The notes: generated by a model from the sequence alone, not told the origin. A stretch of DNA of 21,617 bases from Candidatus Micrarchaeota archaeon (GCA_038046605.1 JBBSVW010000003.1:1-21617), one strand, 5' to 3'. Shown: positions 8,525-16,632, numbered from the stretch's first letter. Made by a program: numbers and translations.

Positions 8525-9952
8525 ATGGTCGTTGGCGAAGTTGCAGTAGAAACCCAAGTTGTTGTGATTGGCGGAGGGCCCGGAGGTTATGTGTGTGCAA
8601 TCCGTTTGGCGCAATTAGGAAAGCAAGTAATGCTAGTTGAAAAAGACCCTCTTGGAATGGGCGGCATTTGCCTAAACCACGGCTGCATCCCCTCAAAAGC
8701 GCTGATCCATGTAAGTTCGCTTGCGGATTCATCAAAGCACATGGCTGACATTGGCATCAGTGTGGAAAATATCCATGTCGACATGAAAAAAATGCAGCTT
8801 TGGAAAACAGGGGTCGTGACAAACCTTCGCAAAGGGGTCGAAAACCTCTGCAAGCAAAACGGCGTTGAGGTGGTTTTCGGGGAGGCGCATTTTGAAAGCA
8901 ACCGCCGCATCGGGATTGCCGGAAACCATGATGTAGCTGCAATCGAATTCCAGCAGGCAGTTGTTGCAACCGGAAGCGTACCAATTGAAATCCCTTCCTT
9001 AAAATTCAACGGAAACACCATTATCAGCTCAACCGAGGCCCTCCAACTAGATGTAATCCCAAAGGACCTCCTAGTGATTGGCACTGGCTACAACGGGATA
9101 GAAATGGGCACAATGCTAGCAAAGCTAGGGAGCAAGGTCAAAATGCTCGAGAAAGGACCTAAAATACTCCCTGGCGTTGAGGCGGAGGTTTCCTCAATAG
9201 TAGAGCGCAGGCTAAAAGAATTAGGGGTTGAAATTTACCTTAACTGCATGGCCGAATCATACGGGGAACAAAACGGCAAACTATCCATAAAAGCCATTCA
9301 GGAAGGAAAACAAATCGAACTTATCGCCGATAAAGTTTTGGTGGTTATTGGAAGGAAGCCAAATGTGGAAAGCCTTCGTTTAATGAATACCAAAGCTGCC
9401 CTTGACGAGAAGGGCTTCATCAAAGTCAATGAAAAAATGCAATCCCTTGATCCGCGGATTTATGCCATTGGTGATGTAGCAGGAAATCCCATGCTTGCGC
9501 ACAAGGCCTTCATGGAAGGAAAGCTTGCAGCGCAGGTAATATCGGGTGATGAATCCGCATTCCACAGCAGGGCGGTACCAGCTGTCATATTTTCCGATCC
9601 GGAAATCGCATATGTTGGCCTAATGGAAAAAGAGGCCCTTGAAAAGGGGGTAAAAGTAAAGGTTGGGAAATTTCCCTTCCGTGCACTTGGCAGGGCAGCA
9701 ACAATGGAGAGTCCAATTGGCTTTGTCAAGGTTGTTGCAGATTTCGATTCGGATGTCTTGCTTGGCGTTGAAGTGGTCGGCCCAAATGCATCCGACCTGA
9801 TCTCCGAAGCGTCCCTTGCAATCGAGATGGGCGCAAGGCTCGAGGATTTAGCCCTGACAATCCATCCCCACCCCACACTTCCCGAAGGCTTGATGGAAGC
9901 CGCGGAAGTTGCGATGGGCAAGGCGATACATTTCTATTCGAAGAAAAGCTGA
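8525..9952 (+). CDS. lpdA: Dihydrolipoamide dehydrogenase E3
   Basis: VIGGGPGGY, redox disulfide GGICLNHGCIPSKAL, AIGDV..PMLAHKA and IHPHPTLPE. AGGTGA SD before ATG 8525. Confidence 0.96.
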   Translation: MVVGEVAVETQVVVIGGGPGGYVCAIRLAQLGKQVMLVEKDPLGMGGICLNHGCIPSKALIHVSSLADSSKHMADIGISVENIHVDMKKMQLWKTGVVTNLRKGVENLCKQNGVEVVFGEAHFESNRRIGIAGNHDVAAIEFQQAVVATGSVPIEIPSLKFNGNTIISSTEALQLDVIPKDLLVIGTGYNGIEMGTMLAKLGSKVKMLEKGPKILPGVEAEVSSIVERRLKELGVEIYLNCMAESYGEQNGKLSIKAIQEGKQIELIADKVLVVIGRKPNVESLRLMNTKAALDEKGFIKVNEKMQSLDPRIYAIGDVAGNPMLAHKAFMEGKLAAQVISGDESAFHSRAVPAVIFSDPEIAYVGLMEKEALEKGVKVKVGKFPFRALGRAATMESPIGFVKVVADFDSDVLLGVEVVGPNASDLISEASLAIEMGARLEDLALTIHPHPTLPEGLMEAAEVAMGKAIHFYSKKS

Positions 9953-10043
9953 TTTGGGAAATGCAACTGCTGCCTAATTTTGCGAAATCGAATGGAGCTA
10001 TCCCATAGAATGGGTTTTATTTTCCTTTTGCCTCTTTATTTGC

Positions 10044-10535
10044 ATGCCAAAGGAAGGGAAGATCAGCTACAATGCCAGCAAGCGCGTTCTCATGATTCCT
10101 TTCCTTGCACTTTCTGACCATCTCCGGAATGATTTGCTAAATATTGAACATCTTCAGGCTCATCATTCCGTGCAGGAAAGAGTCAAGGCTGATCCGCTGA
10201 TTAGGATTTTTTGTGCGAAGGTCGCCATGGGGGCTTACCTCCATAATGATGCGGAGCCCATCATAAGAAAAGGCCAGGACTCCGGGGTCGATGTGGAATT
10301 TACCCAGTTGATCAACCGGGCATGGCGATATGGCGGCCGGCTAGGCCATCTTGAGCGCTTCAGTTCTGCTGCAGCAAACCAACCCCATATTTGGGTAAAA
10401 ATGCCAAAACGCGGAAGATACGTAAGACTCCACCTTTCCAAGCCTGTTGAATCGGACCTAAAAATAGAATTGGGGAAATTGGCCCAAGATCGCCTTGCTT
10501 TCAGGAAACATCTAAGTGAATTAATGTTCGGCTAG
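10044..10535 (+). CDS. Hypothetical protein, 163 aa
   Basis: ATG-started ORF filling the lpdA-lplA gap, with an AT-rich TATA-like motif ~25-30 nt upstream. No family recognised. Confidence 0.6.
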   Translation: MPKEGKISYNASKRVLMIPFLALSDHLRNDLLNIEHLQAHHSVQERVKADPLIRIFCAKVAMGAYLHNDAEPIIRKGQDSGVDVEFTQLINRAWRYGGRLGHLERFSSAAANQPHIWVKMPKRGRYVRLHLSKPVESDLKIELGKLAQDRLAFRKHLSELMFG

Positions 10536-11282
10536 TCACCTTTGGAAATTCCACTCCGTTGTCTTGTATTTCTTTTCCGAAAGCTCCTTTGCCCTAATCA
10601 GCTCCCGCTCGCTCCAACTGCCAAACTCAATTGTTTTCCCGAAAGTGAAAGCATCCAGCATTGCCTTGTATGCGATATTCTTATCGGCTATTCCCGCCCT
10701 CTTCAAGCTAGTTACCCGCTCTTCAACAGAAGCAATCATCTTATCCGAAATCTTCTCCTTGGAAACCTTCAATACCAAAAACATCTTCCGGACATCCAAA
10801 TCAAAAAGCAATGTCCCATGCTGCAAAAGCACGCCCTGCCTTCTTGTCTGCGCATTCCCCGATACCTTTTTCCCATCCAAAATGATGTCGTTGATGGGCT
10901 TGAATTCTGCCTTCAGGTTCATTAATGCAAGCGCATCGACAATCCAGCCGCAGATGGTTTTGTATGATGCGATTATGTCCTTTGCGAAGAAAATTTCCGG
11001 TGCAATCACCGAATATGTAATTTCCCCTTCCGTATCATGGAAAACCGCCCCTCCTCCCGTTCTCCTTCTTACAACATCGATTCCCGAATTCCTGCACTCC
11101 TCCAAATTGACCTCGTCGGTGATGGATTGATGGTATCCGATAGAAACCGCCGATGGGGTCCAGCCATAAAAGCGGATGGTTGGTTGAACTATTCCTGCAG
11201 CTACCGCCTCCGAGCATGCCTCATCAAGGGCCATGTTCATGAAGGCATCGTGCGATTCGAATTGAATTACCCTCCATTTCAT
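10536..11282 (-). CDS. lplA: Lipoate-protein ligase catalytic subunit (LplA N-domain, BPL/LplA/LipB family)
   Basis: NMALDEA, VVRRRTGGGAVFHD, NDI..GKKVSGNAQ and LQHGTLL. No C-terminal accessory domain. Confidence 0.93.
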   Translation of the reverse strand: MKWRVIQFESHDAFMNMALDEACSEAVAAGIVQPTIRFYGWTPSAVSIGYHQSITDEVNLEECRNSGIDVVRRRTGGGAVFHDTEGEITYSVIAPEIFFAKDIIASYKTICGWIVDALALMNLKAEFKPINDIILDGKKVSGNAQTRRQGVLLQHGTLLFDLDVRKMFLVLKVSKEKISDKMIASVEERVTSLKRAGIADKNIAYKAMLDAFTFGKTIEFGSWSERELIRAKELSEKKYKTTEWNFQR

Positions 11283-11301
11283 ATGTTATTTTACACCATA
11301 A

Positions 11302-11688
11302 TTATGATTTTTCTCCTTCAGGGACGTTAATTCCACCTTGCGCTTTTACATTCGGATCAGGCTTGCCTAGCACTTCACCTTCTTTTGCTTTTTTCACGCA
11401 TTCCAAAAATGCACCCGCAAGCGCCTGCGGTGTGATGCCAATCATCTGAATCCCCTGGGAGTTGGTTATTTCCGAAATATTTGCGGCAATTTTTTCCGGT
11501 TCATCCCCAATTCCGGTAACTAACAAAGTTTTTTCTATAATCTGCAAGGAATCCTCCGGGTGGATGAAAAAATCGCCAGTTATTTTAACCGATTTGACTC
11601 GCTCGCCGCTCTCGCTAAGCTCAAGTTCCATCCTTAGCAGTTTTCCCCCTTCCACCTTTGCTGTTATTTTCGATCTATATTCTGACAT
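11302..11688 (-). CDS. lplB: Lipoate-protein ligase accessory subunit (LplB / LplA C-terminal domain)
   Basis: KVEGGKLLR...VKITGDFFIHPED. Directly upstream of lplA. Confidence 0.85.
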   Translation of the reverse strand: MSEYRSKITAKVEGGKLLRMELELSESGERVKSVKITGDFFIHPEDSLQIIEKTLLVTGIGDEPEKIAANISEITNSQGIQMIGITPQALAGAFLECVKKAKEGEVLGKPDPNVKAQGGINVPEGEKS

Positions 11689-11750
11689 CTATAGCACCAA
11701 TTTGAATTTGCCAATCGCAACAATTCCGAGCTATCATCTCCAAAAAATTT

Positions 11751-12194
11751 TCATTTCAACATCTTCGCAGCATCGTTCGCCTCACAAATTACCTCCCGGA
11801 GCGGCACTTTTTTTGCCTTTGCAATCCTTGCGCAATCATCGTATTCCGGGGTAACTGTCCTGATCCCCCCATATTCGCTTATTTTTACAGGCACTATCCC
11901 ATATTTTGTATTAACCTTTACAATTTTGCGCGGCAGCTTGAGCCTTTGCGCATCCAATACCCTAACTCCAATTGTTGTTGTCTCCTCCATCAGGATTCCG
12001 GCCATTTTTTCCACATCCTTAACTACGCAAATCACGCTCACCTTTATTGCAGGCCGTCCCTTTTTCATGATGATGTTTTGCAAATGTGCATCAAGCGCCC
12101 CTTCATCCATTAGCCTTTCAAGCAGATACTCGTAAACCTGAGGGTTCATATCGTCGATGTTGGCTTCAATGAGTTTAACCCCATCCCTTTCCAT
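11751..12194 (-). CDS. larC: NPN cofactor nickel insertase LarC, C-terminal part
   Basis: IEANIDDMNPQ, GALDA, MKKGRPA, ETTTIGVR and PEYDDC. Confidence 0.92.
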   Translation of the reverse strand: MERDGVKLIEANIDDMNPQVYEYLLERLMDEGALDAHLQNIIMKKGRPAIKVSVICVVKDVEKMAGILMEETTTIGVRVLDAQRLKLPRKIVKVNTKYGIVPVKISEYGGIRTVTPEYDDCARIAKAKKVPLREVICEANDAAKMLK

Positions 12195-12203
12195 TTTTTT
12201 TAT

Positions 12204-12923
12204 TCACTTTTTTTCCCCGATTGTCGCTTTGAGGACATTCGGGTGCTTGAATTCGATATCCCCCGCCCCATACCCTTCCTTGATGATATTCATTTGGGGC
12301 TTAGCAAATTTCCTCACATAATATTTTACAATTGATGCCCCAGTTGGCGTGACCATTTCCCCCTCCCCCTCAAAATATGTCGGAATTCCTTTTAATATCT
12401 CCCTAGTTGCCGGCGCTGGTATTTGGTATTCCACTCCATGAATCCTCGCCTTCCCATGCCCCACATTTAATTTTGAGCAAAATACCTGTGAAATTCCCAT
12501 CTCATTTACTGCAATCGCAGCTCCCACAATATCCACGATGGAATCAATCCCTCCAACCTCGTGGAATGTCACTTCAGAAAGAGCTTTTTTCCCATGCACC
12601 TGCATTTCCGCCTTTGCAAGTATAGAGAATATTCCTAGCGCATCCTCCTTTACTTTTGCTTCAAGCTTGCTTTCCTTTATCAATTCCGCAATATTTGTAT
12701 ATTTCATATGCGGATTTGCTGCCTCACGCTCCAAAATCACGCTGAATTTTGTTGACCAAATCCCTTTCTTTGAAACCCGCTGCGCCTTTAGCCTATAGTC
12801 CTCGACATCCATCTTGCCTAGTTCCAAGCTGAGCTTTTCAAAATTAAGCCCGGCATCAACCATCGCGCCAAGGAACATGTCGCCGGCAATCCCGGAGAAG
12901 CAGTCGAGGTATAGGATTTTCAT
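12204..12923 (-). CDS. larC: NPN cofactor nickel insertase LarC, N-terminal part
   Basis: MKILYLDCFSGIAGDMFLGA, FHEVGGIDSIVDIVG, PAPAT, EMVTPTGA and GYGAG...PNVL. Alternative start at 12932. Confidence 0.92.
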   Translation of the reverse strand: MKILYLDCFSGIAGDMFLGAMVDAGLNFEKLSLELGKMDVEDYRLKAQRVSKKGIWSTKFSVILEREAANPHMKYTNIAELIKESKLEAKVKEDALGIFSILAKAEMQVHGKKALSEVTFHEVGGIDSIVDIVGAAIAVNEMGISQVFCSKLNVGHGKARIHGVEYQIPAPATREILKGIPTYFEGEGEMVTPTGASIVKYYVRKFAKPQMNIIKEGYGAGDIEFKHPNVLKATIGEKK

Positions 12924-12991
12924 ATTTATCATTATTTTTGATTAGCCGGAGTTGAAGCATATGCCCCTTGCAATTCCGTCAATTTTCGCTA

Positions 12992-13696
12992 TTATTTGTT
13001 TATTACGCTCGCAAAATATCCCGCGCCAAACCCATTATCTATGTTCACAACCACTACTCCCGGAGCGCACGAATTTAGCATGGTAAGGAGCGGGGCAATC
13101 CCCTGGAAACTGGCGCCGTATCCTACTGAAGTAGGAACCGCAATCACCGGCTTATCCGTCAATCCGCCGACAACCGAGGCAAGCGCGCCTTCCATCCCGG
13201 CGACCACAATAACAATGCTTGCCTCCTTCAATTTGTGCGAATTGGAAAGCAGCCGATGGATCCCTGCAACCCCAACATCATAGAGCCGTTCCACCTTATT
13301 ACCCATCACTTCGGCGGTAATGGCGGCTTCTTCCGCAACTGGAATATCTGAGGTTCCTCCGGTTGCAATGAGGATTTTTCCACTTTTTGGATGCATTTTT
13401 TCCTGAATGAGGTAAATTGCGCCAGCCCGTTCATCAAATTGCGCCTTTTTTGCAATTTTTCTCACCAATTGGAACATTTTCAAATTTGCCCTTGTCGCAA
13501 GCACATTGTGCCCCTTCTTTGCAAGCGCCCTAAATATTTCGGCAACCTGCAAATGTGTTTTCCCCTTGCAGAAAATTACCTCCGGATAACCCTTTCGAGA
13601 GGTGCGCTCGTGATCCACCTTCGAGAACCCCAGATCTTCGTATGAGTGATCGTGATGCTTTACCATAATTCTAGTTCCTCTTCGCCCTTTTTCCAT
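12992..13696 (-). CDS. larB: NPN cofactor biosynthesis carboxylase/hydrolase LarB (PurE-like)
   Basis: PEVIFCKGKT, GTSDIPVAEEA, DVGVAGIHRL, VAGMEGAL, PTSVGYG, MLNSCAPG and VNIDNGFGA. Alternative start at 13666. Confidence 0.95.
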   Translation of the reverse strand: MEKGRRGTRIMVKHHDHSYEDLGFSKVDHERTSRKGYPEVIFCKGKTHLQVAEIFRALAKKGHNVLATRANLKMFQLVRKIAKKAQFDERAGAIYLIQEKMHPKSGKILIATGGTSDIPVAEEAAITAEVMGNKVERLYDVGVAGIHRLLSNSHKLKEASIVIVVAGMEGALASVVGGLTDKPVIAVPTSVGYGASFQGIAPLLTMLNSCAPGVVVVNIDNGFGAGYFASVINK

Positions 13697-13711
13697 GTTG
13701 CCCTGCTTTGC

Positions 13712-14533
13712 TCAATTCTTCTCCTTTTTCAGCGTTATGGCTTCGTTCATCCTGCCGGATTTGAAGCCGCGCAAATCAAGTTCCACAAACTCGAATCCAA
13801 GAGTGCGGAAATGGGAATTGATTTTTTCATAATTTTCCGTGATGATCCCAAATTCACTGCTCTCAACTTCAATCCTTGCCATCTTTTCCAAATATCTTAC
13901 TCTCAAATTGCCCTTCACTCCCAATTCCCGGAGGAAAGTTTCGCCCTTGTCAACCATCCTAAGCCCCTTCAAAGTGATTATTGTCCCGTATGGGAATCTG
14001 GAGGATAGGCAAGGGGAAGAGGGTTTGTCCCAATTCGGAAGCCCCATCCCCTTTGCAATTTCCCGGATTTCATTTTTTGTAATTCCGGCATCCTTTAGTG
14101 GAGAAATAATCAAATGCTCCTTTGCGGCCTTCATTCCGGGCCTGTAATCTCCCACGTCATCTGCATTTAACCCGTCCAGAATGTAGCCAATTCCCCTCTC
14201 CTTAGCCACCACTTGCAATTTATCATACAATTCCGTTTTGCAAAAATAGCACCTGTTGATGGGGTTGCTTGCATAATTCTCATCCTCCATTTCCTGGGTG
14301 AATATGATCTCGTGGTTTGCCCCCATTTCCGCGGCTAGAGATTTGGTTTCCTCCAATTCGCTTTCCGCCAAGGAGGGAGAGGAAGCGGTTATGGCCAGCG
14401 CATTCCTTCCCAAAACTTCCGTCGCCACTTTAAGCACGAGCGTGCTATCCACTCCGCCGGAGAAGGCGACGATTACTTTTCCCATTTTTTTTATTTCAGA
14501 GCGCATCTGAATTAACTTTTCATTCGTTTCCAT
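13712..14533 (-). CDS. larE: NPN cofactor sulfur insertase LarE (PP-loop ATPase)
   Basis: AFSGGVDS, NRCYFCK, DGLNADD..DYRPG, PSSPCLSSRFPYG, RVR..ARIE and GFKSG. Confidence 0.95.
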   Translation of the reverse strand: METNEKLIQMRSEIKKMGKVIVAFSGGVDSTLVLKVATEVLGRNALAITASSPSLAESELEETKSLAAEMGANHEIIFTQEMEDENYASNPINRCYFCKTELYDKLQVVAKERGIGYILDGLNADDVGDYRPGMKAAKEHLIISPLKDAGITKNEIREIAKGMGLPNWDKPSSPCLSSRFPYGTIITLKGLRMVDKGETFLRELGVKGNLRVRYLEKMARIEVESSEFGIITENYEKINSHFRTLGFEFVELDLRGFKSGRMNEAITLKKEKN

Positions 14534-14653
14534 CCCTTTCCCCCGAAGAATGACGCGGGGAGGTTTCTAAAAGGTTGCGAAAATGGTGGAATCGTGCCAT
14601 TCAATTTTATTATTAAGCAAACGTTATTATTTCCTCTGCGGGGGAATATATCC

Positions 14654-15211
14654 ATGACGTCTACGGGAGCTCCCAGGGTAGAAGTGGAGAAAAGAATTGG
14701 CGAAATCCTAACGCGTGATCCCACTACACCGACTGCCGATCCAGCACTATCCTCGTGGTATAAAAGAGCGCTGCTCAGCCGCGGAGAAAATGGCAAAAGC
14801 TTTTACGGATACGGCTCTTGGGGAATGTATCGCTGGGAAGTATTCAGAAGCCATCCTGGCAGATCCCAACTTGCCCACATGGATGAAACGGGACTCCTTC
14901 ATCGCATAAATCAATTGGCATCCAAACTACCCCCCGGGAGCTTTAGGGGCCCAAATAAAAACACCGAACTCGATCCAAAACTTGCCGAGCTTTTGGACAA
15001 ACCGGAAGGAGTTGACAAGTTGCTTGCCCAGTTAAGGCATGGCATCATTACCGAGGACCACGTTCAGGTGGTGCTTCTTAGGCACTTCTATAATCTAAGT
15101 CATGCTGCAATAAATACCTTGATTCCTCCAGTTGATGCAGAAAAGCGAACATCCGCGGGTGTATTGCAAAAATACGCCACTAAAGCACTAAGGAAAACCG
15201 GCGTCATTTAA
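14654..15211 (+). CDS. Hypothetical protein, ~185 aa, divergent from larE
   Basis: Long ORF filling the larE-gar1 gap. ATG 14654 follows GGGGGA; the ORF track starts at GTG 14594. No family recognised. Confidence 0.6.
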   Translation: MTSTGAPRVEVEKRIGEILTRDPTTPTADPALSSWYKRALLSRGENGKSFYGYGSWGMYRWEVFRSHPGRSQLAHMDETGLLHRINQLASKLPPGSFRGPNKNTELDPKLAELLDKPEGVDKLLAQLRHGIITEDHVQVVLLRHFYNLSHAAINTLIPPVDAEKRTSAGVLQKYATKALRKTGVI

Positions 15212-15264
15212 TTGCTATTTACCCAATAAAGCGTAATTTCCCCCTATTTAAGAGCTAAAGTTAA

Positions 15265-15280
15265 GCGGAAGGTATATATA
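15265..15280 (+). promoter_or_regulatory. Putative BRE/TATA promoter of the gar1-tfb unit
   Basis: Purine-rich GCGGAAGG followed by TATATATA. Confidence 0.55.
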
Positions 15281-15366
15281 CTCCTTGTGGGAGAATTTAT
15301 ATTACTAACTGATGATTCCGGCTAAACTTAACGTTACTCGGATGCATCCATCTTTTGGGGATATGA

Positions 15367-15582
15367 TTGAAGTTCAAAACGCTGAATGCAACTGCGAATG
15401 GCAATCTGCTCCTCACTTCAAAGGAGGCAAAACCGGTTGGCAGGAAAATGCAGCTTTTCCTTAATGGGAAGTTTGTTGGTGATATTTTCGATACAATAGG
15501 CCGGGTTGATAGGCCCTTTTACCTGGCAAAACCCAAGGGCGATCCAAAATTGCTTGTTGGGAAGGAACTTGAAGGAAAATAA
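15367..15582 (+). CDS. gar1: H/ACA RNP protein Gar1/Naf1 family
   Basis: VGDIFDTIGRVDRPFYLAKP matches the Gar1 'G.V.DIFGPV..PY..VK' pattern. The gar1-tfb adjacency is common in archaea. TTG start. Confidence 0.8.
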   Translation: MKFKTLNATANGNLLLTSKEAKPVGRKMQLFLNGKFVGDIFDTIGRVDRPFYLAKPKGDPKLLVGKELEGK

Positions 15583-15726
15583 ATGGAGCGAATTGGTTTA
15601 TTTTTCGGAATGGAATCAGAAGAAAGGTTTGCAAATAAAAATTTGGTTATTTTAGCAATTCAGCAAAAAAATCATAAACAAATGGAATCGCTTTTCAAAA
15701 GGAAAACCTTTCCTGAACTTAGGTGA
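15583..15726 (+). CDS. Possible 47-aa small protein between gar1 and tfb
   Basis: ATG directly after the gar1 TAA. MERIGLFFGMESEERFANKNLVILAIQQKNHKQMESLFKRKTFPELR*; its TGA lies within the tfb SD. Confidence 0.3.
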   Translation: MERIGLFFGMESEERFANKNLVILAIQQKNHKQMESLFKRKTFPELR

Positions 15727-15732
15727 AACAAC

Positions 15733-16632
15733 ATGGAATGTCCCGAATGCCACAGCACAAAGATGCGCAAAGACCCCGGTAGGGGGGAACTCATGTGCGC
15801 CCAATGCGGTCTAGTTATAGAAGAATCGCTCATGCATGAAGGCCCCGAATGGAGGGCTTTTGATGCCGAGCAGCGTGCCAGCAGGGCCCGTACCGGAGCT
15901 CCCTTGAAGTATATGTCCCCAAACAAGGGCTTGGTTACAGAAATCGACCAATATAACCGCGACATTAGGGGAGGCAAGATTTTGCCATCCCAGCAAGCTC
16001 AACTCTACCGCATGCGCAAATGGCACAAGCGCGCGTCCATTAGCAACTCAATTGAACGCAACCTAGCGATTGCACTAACGGAAATGAACCGTGTGGCTGC
16101 CCATCTTGGATTGGAAGAATCCATTAGGGAAAGCTCCGCCCTTCTTTACCGCAAGTGCGTTGAAAAGGGCTTGATCCGCGGCAGGCAAATCGAATCAGTC
16201 GTATCGGCTGTGATTTACGCCATTTGCAGGCAATACGGAATCCCAAGGACTCTTGATGAGATCGCAGTGATCGCTGAAATCCCCAAAAAGGAAATCGGAA
16301 GGACTTACCGCTTAATCACCCAGGAACTAGAGCTCAAGGTGCCTCTTACGAACCCCCGCTTTTACATTAGCAGGTTCGTTACAGCACTTCGTTTGTCTGG
16401 TGAAACCCAGCAAAAGGCCAATGAGATATTGAATCAGGCACTCAAGAAAGGCCTGATCTCCGGAAGGGGCCCGATGGGTGTTGCGGCAGCTGCGGTTTAC
16501 ATCGCATCCGTATCCACCGGCGAGCGAAGGACCCAAAAGGAGGTCGCGGATGTTGCTGGAGTTACCGAGGTTACGATCCGGAACCGATACCGCGAGCTCA
16601 AGAAGGCGCTTGGACTGGATATTGCGATCTAG
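15733..16632 (+). CDS. tfb: Transcription initiation factor B
   Basis: Zn ribbon CPEC...CAQCG, GPEWRAF, RTGAP, two cyclin repeats and C-terminal TQKEVADVAGVTEVTIRNRYREL. AGGTGA SD. Confidence 0.98.
   Translation: MECPECHSTKMRKDPGRGELMCAQCGLVIEESLMHEGPEWRAFDAEQRASRARTGAPLKYMSPNKGLVTEIDQYNRDIRGGKILPSQQAQLYRMRKWHKRASISNSIERNLAIALTEMNRVAAHLGLEESIRESSALLYRKCVEKGLIRGRQIESVVSAVIYAICRQYGIPRTLDEIAVIAEIPKKEIGRTYRLITQELELKVPLTNPRFYISRFVTALRLSGETQQKANEILNQALKKGLISGRGPMGVAAAAVYIASVSTGERRTQKEVADVAGVTEVTIRNRYRELKKALGLDIAI

Noticed and set aside
9070-9110. E3 NAD-binding motif variant GTGYNG (and ANG for ADG in NAD kinase)
   Set aside because: Core glycines and all other catalytic motifs are intact; insufficient evidence for altered function.
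10564-11130. 188-aa + strand ORF, and similar antisense ORFs over pdhA, lpdA, lar genes and tfb
   Set aside because: Fully overlapped by well-supported genes on the opposite strand; typical shadow ORFs.
12204-12206. Selenocysteine or genome-wide UGA reassignment as the explanation for the larC stop
   Set aside because: The position is an inter-domain linker rather than a conserved Cys, and TGA ends other genes at normal positions (lpdA, sufU, lplA, folC).
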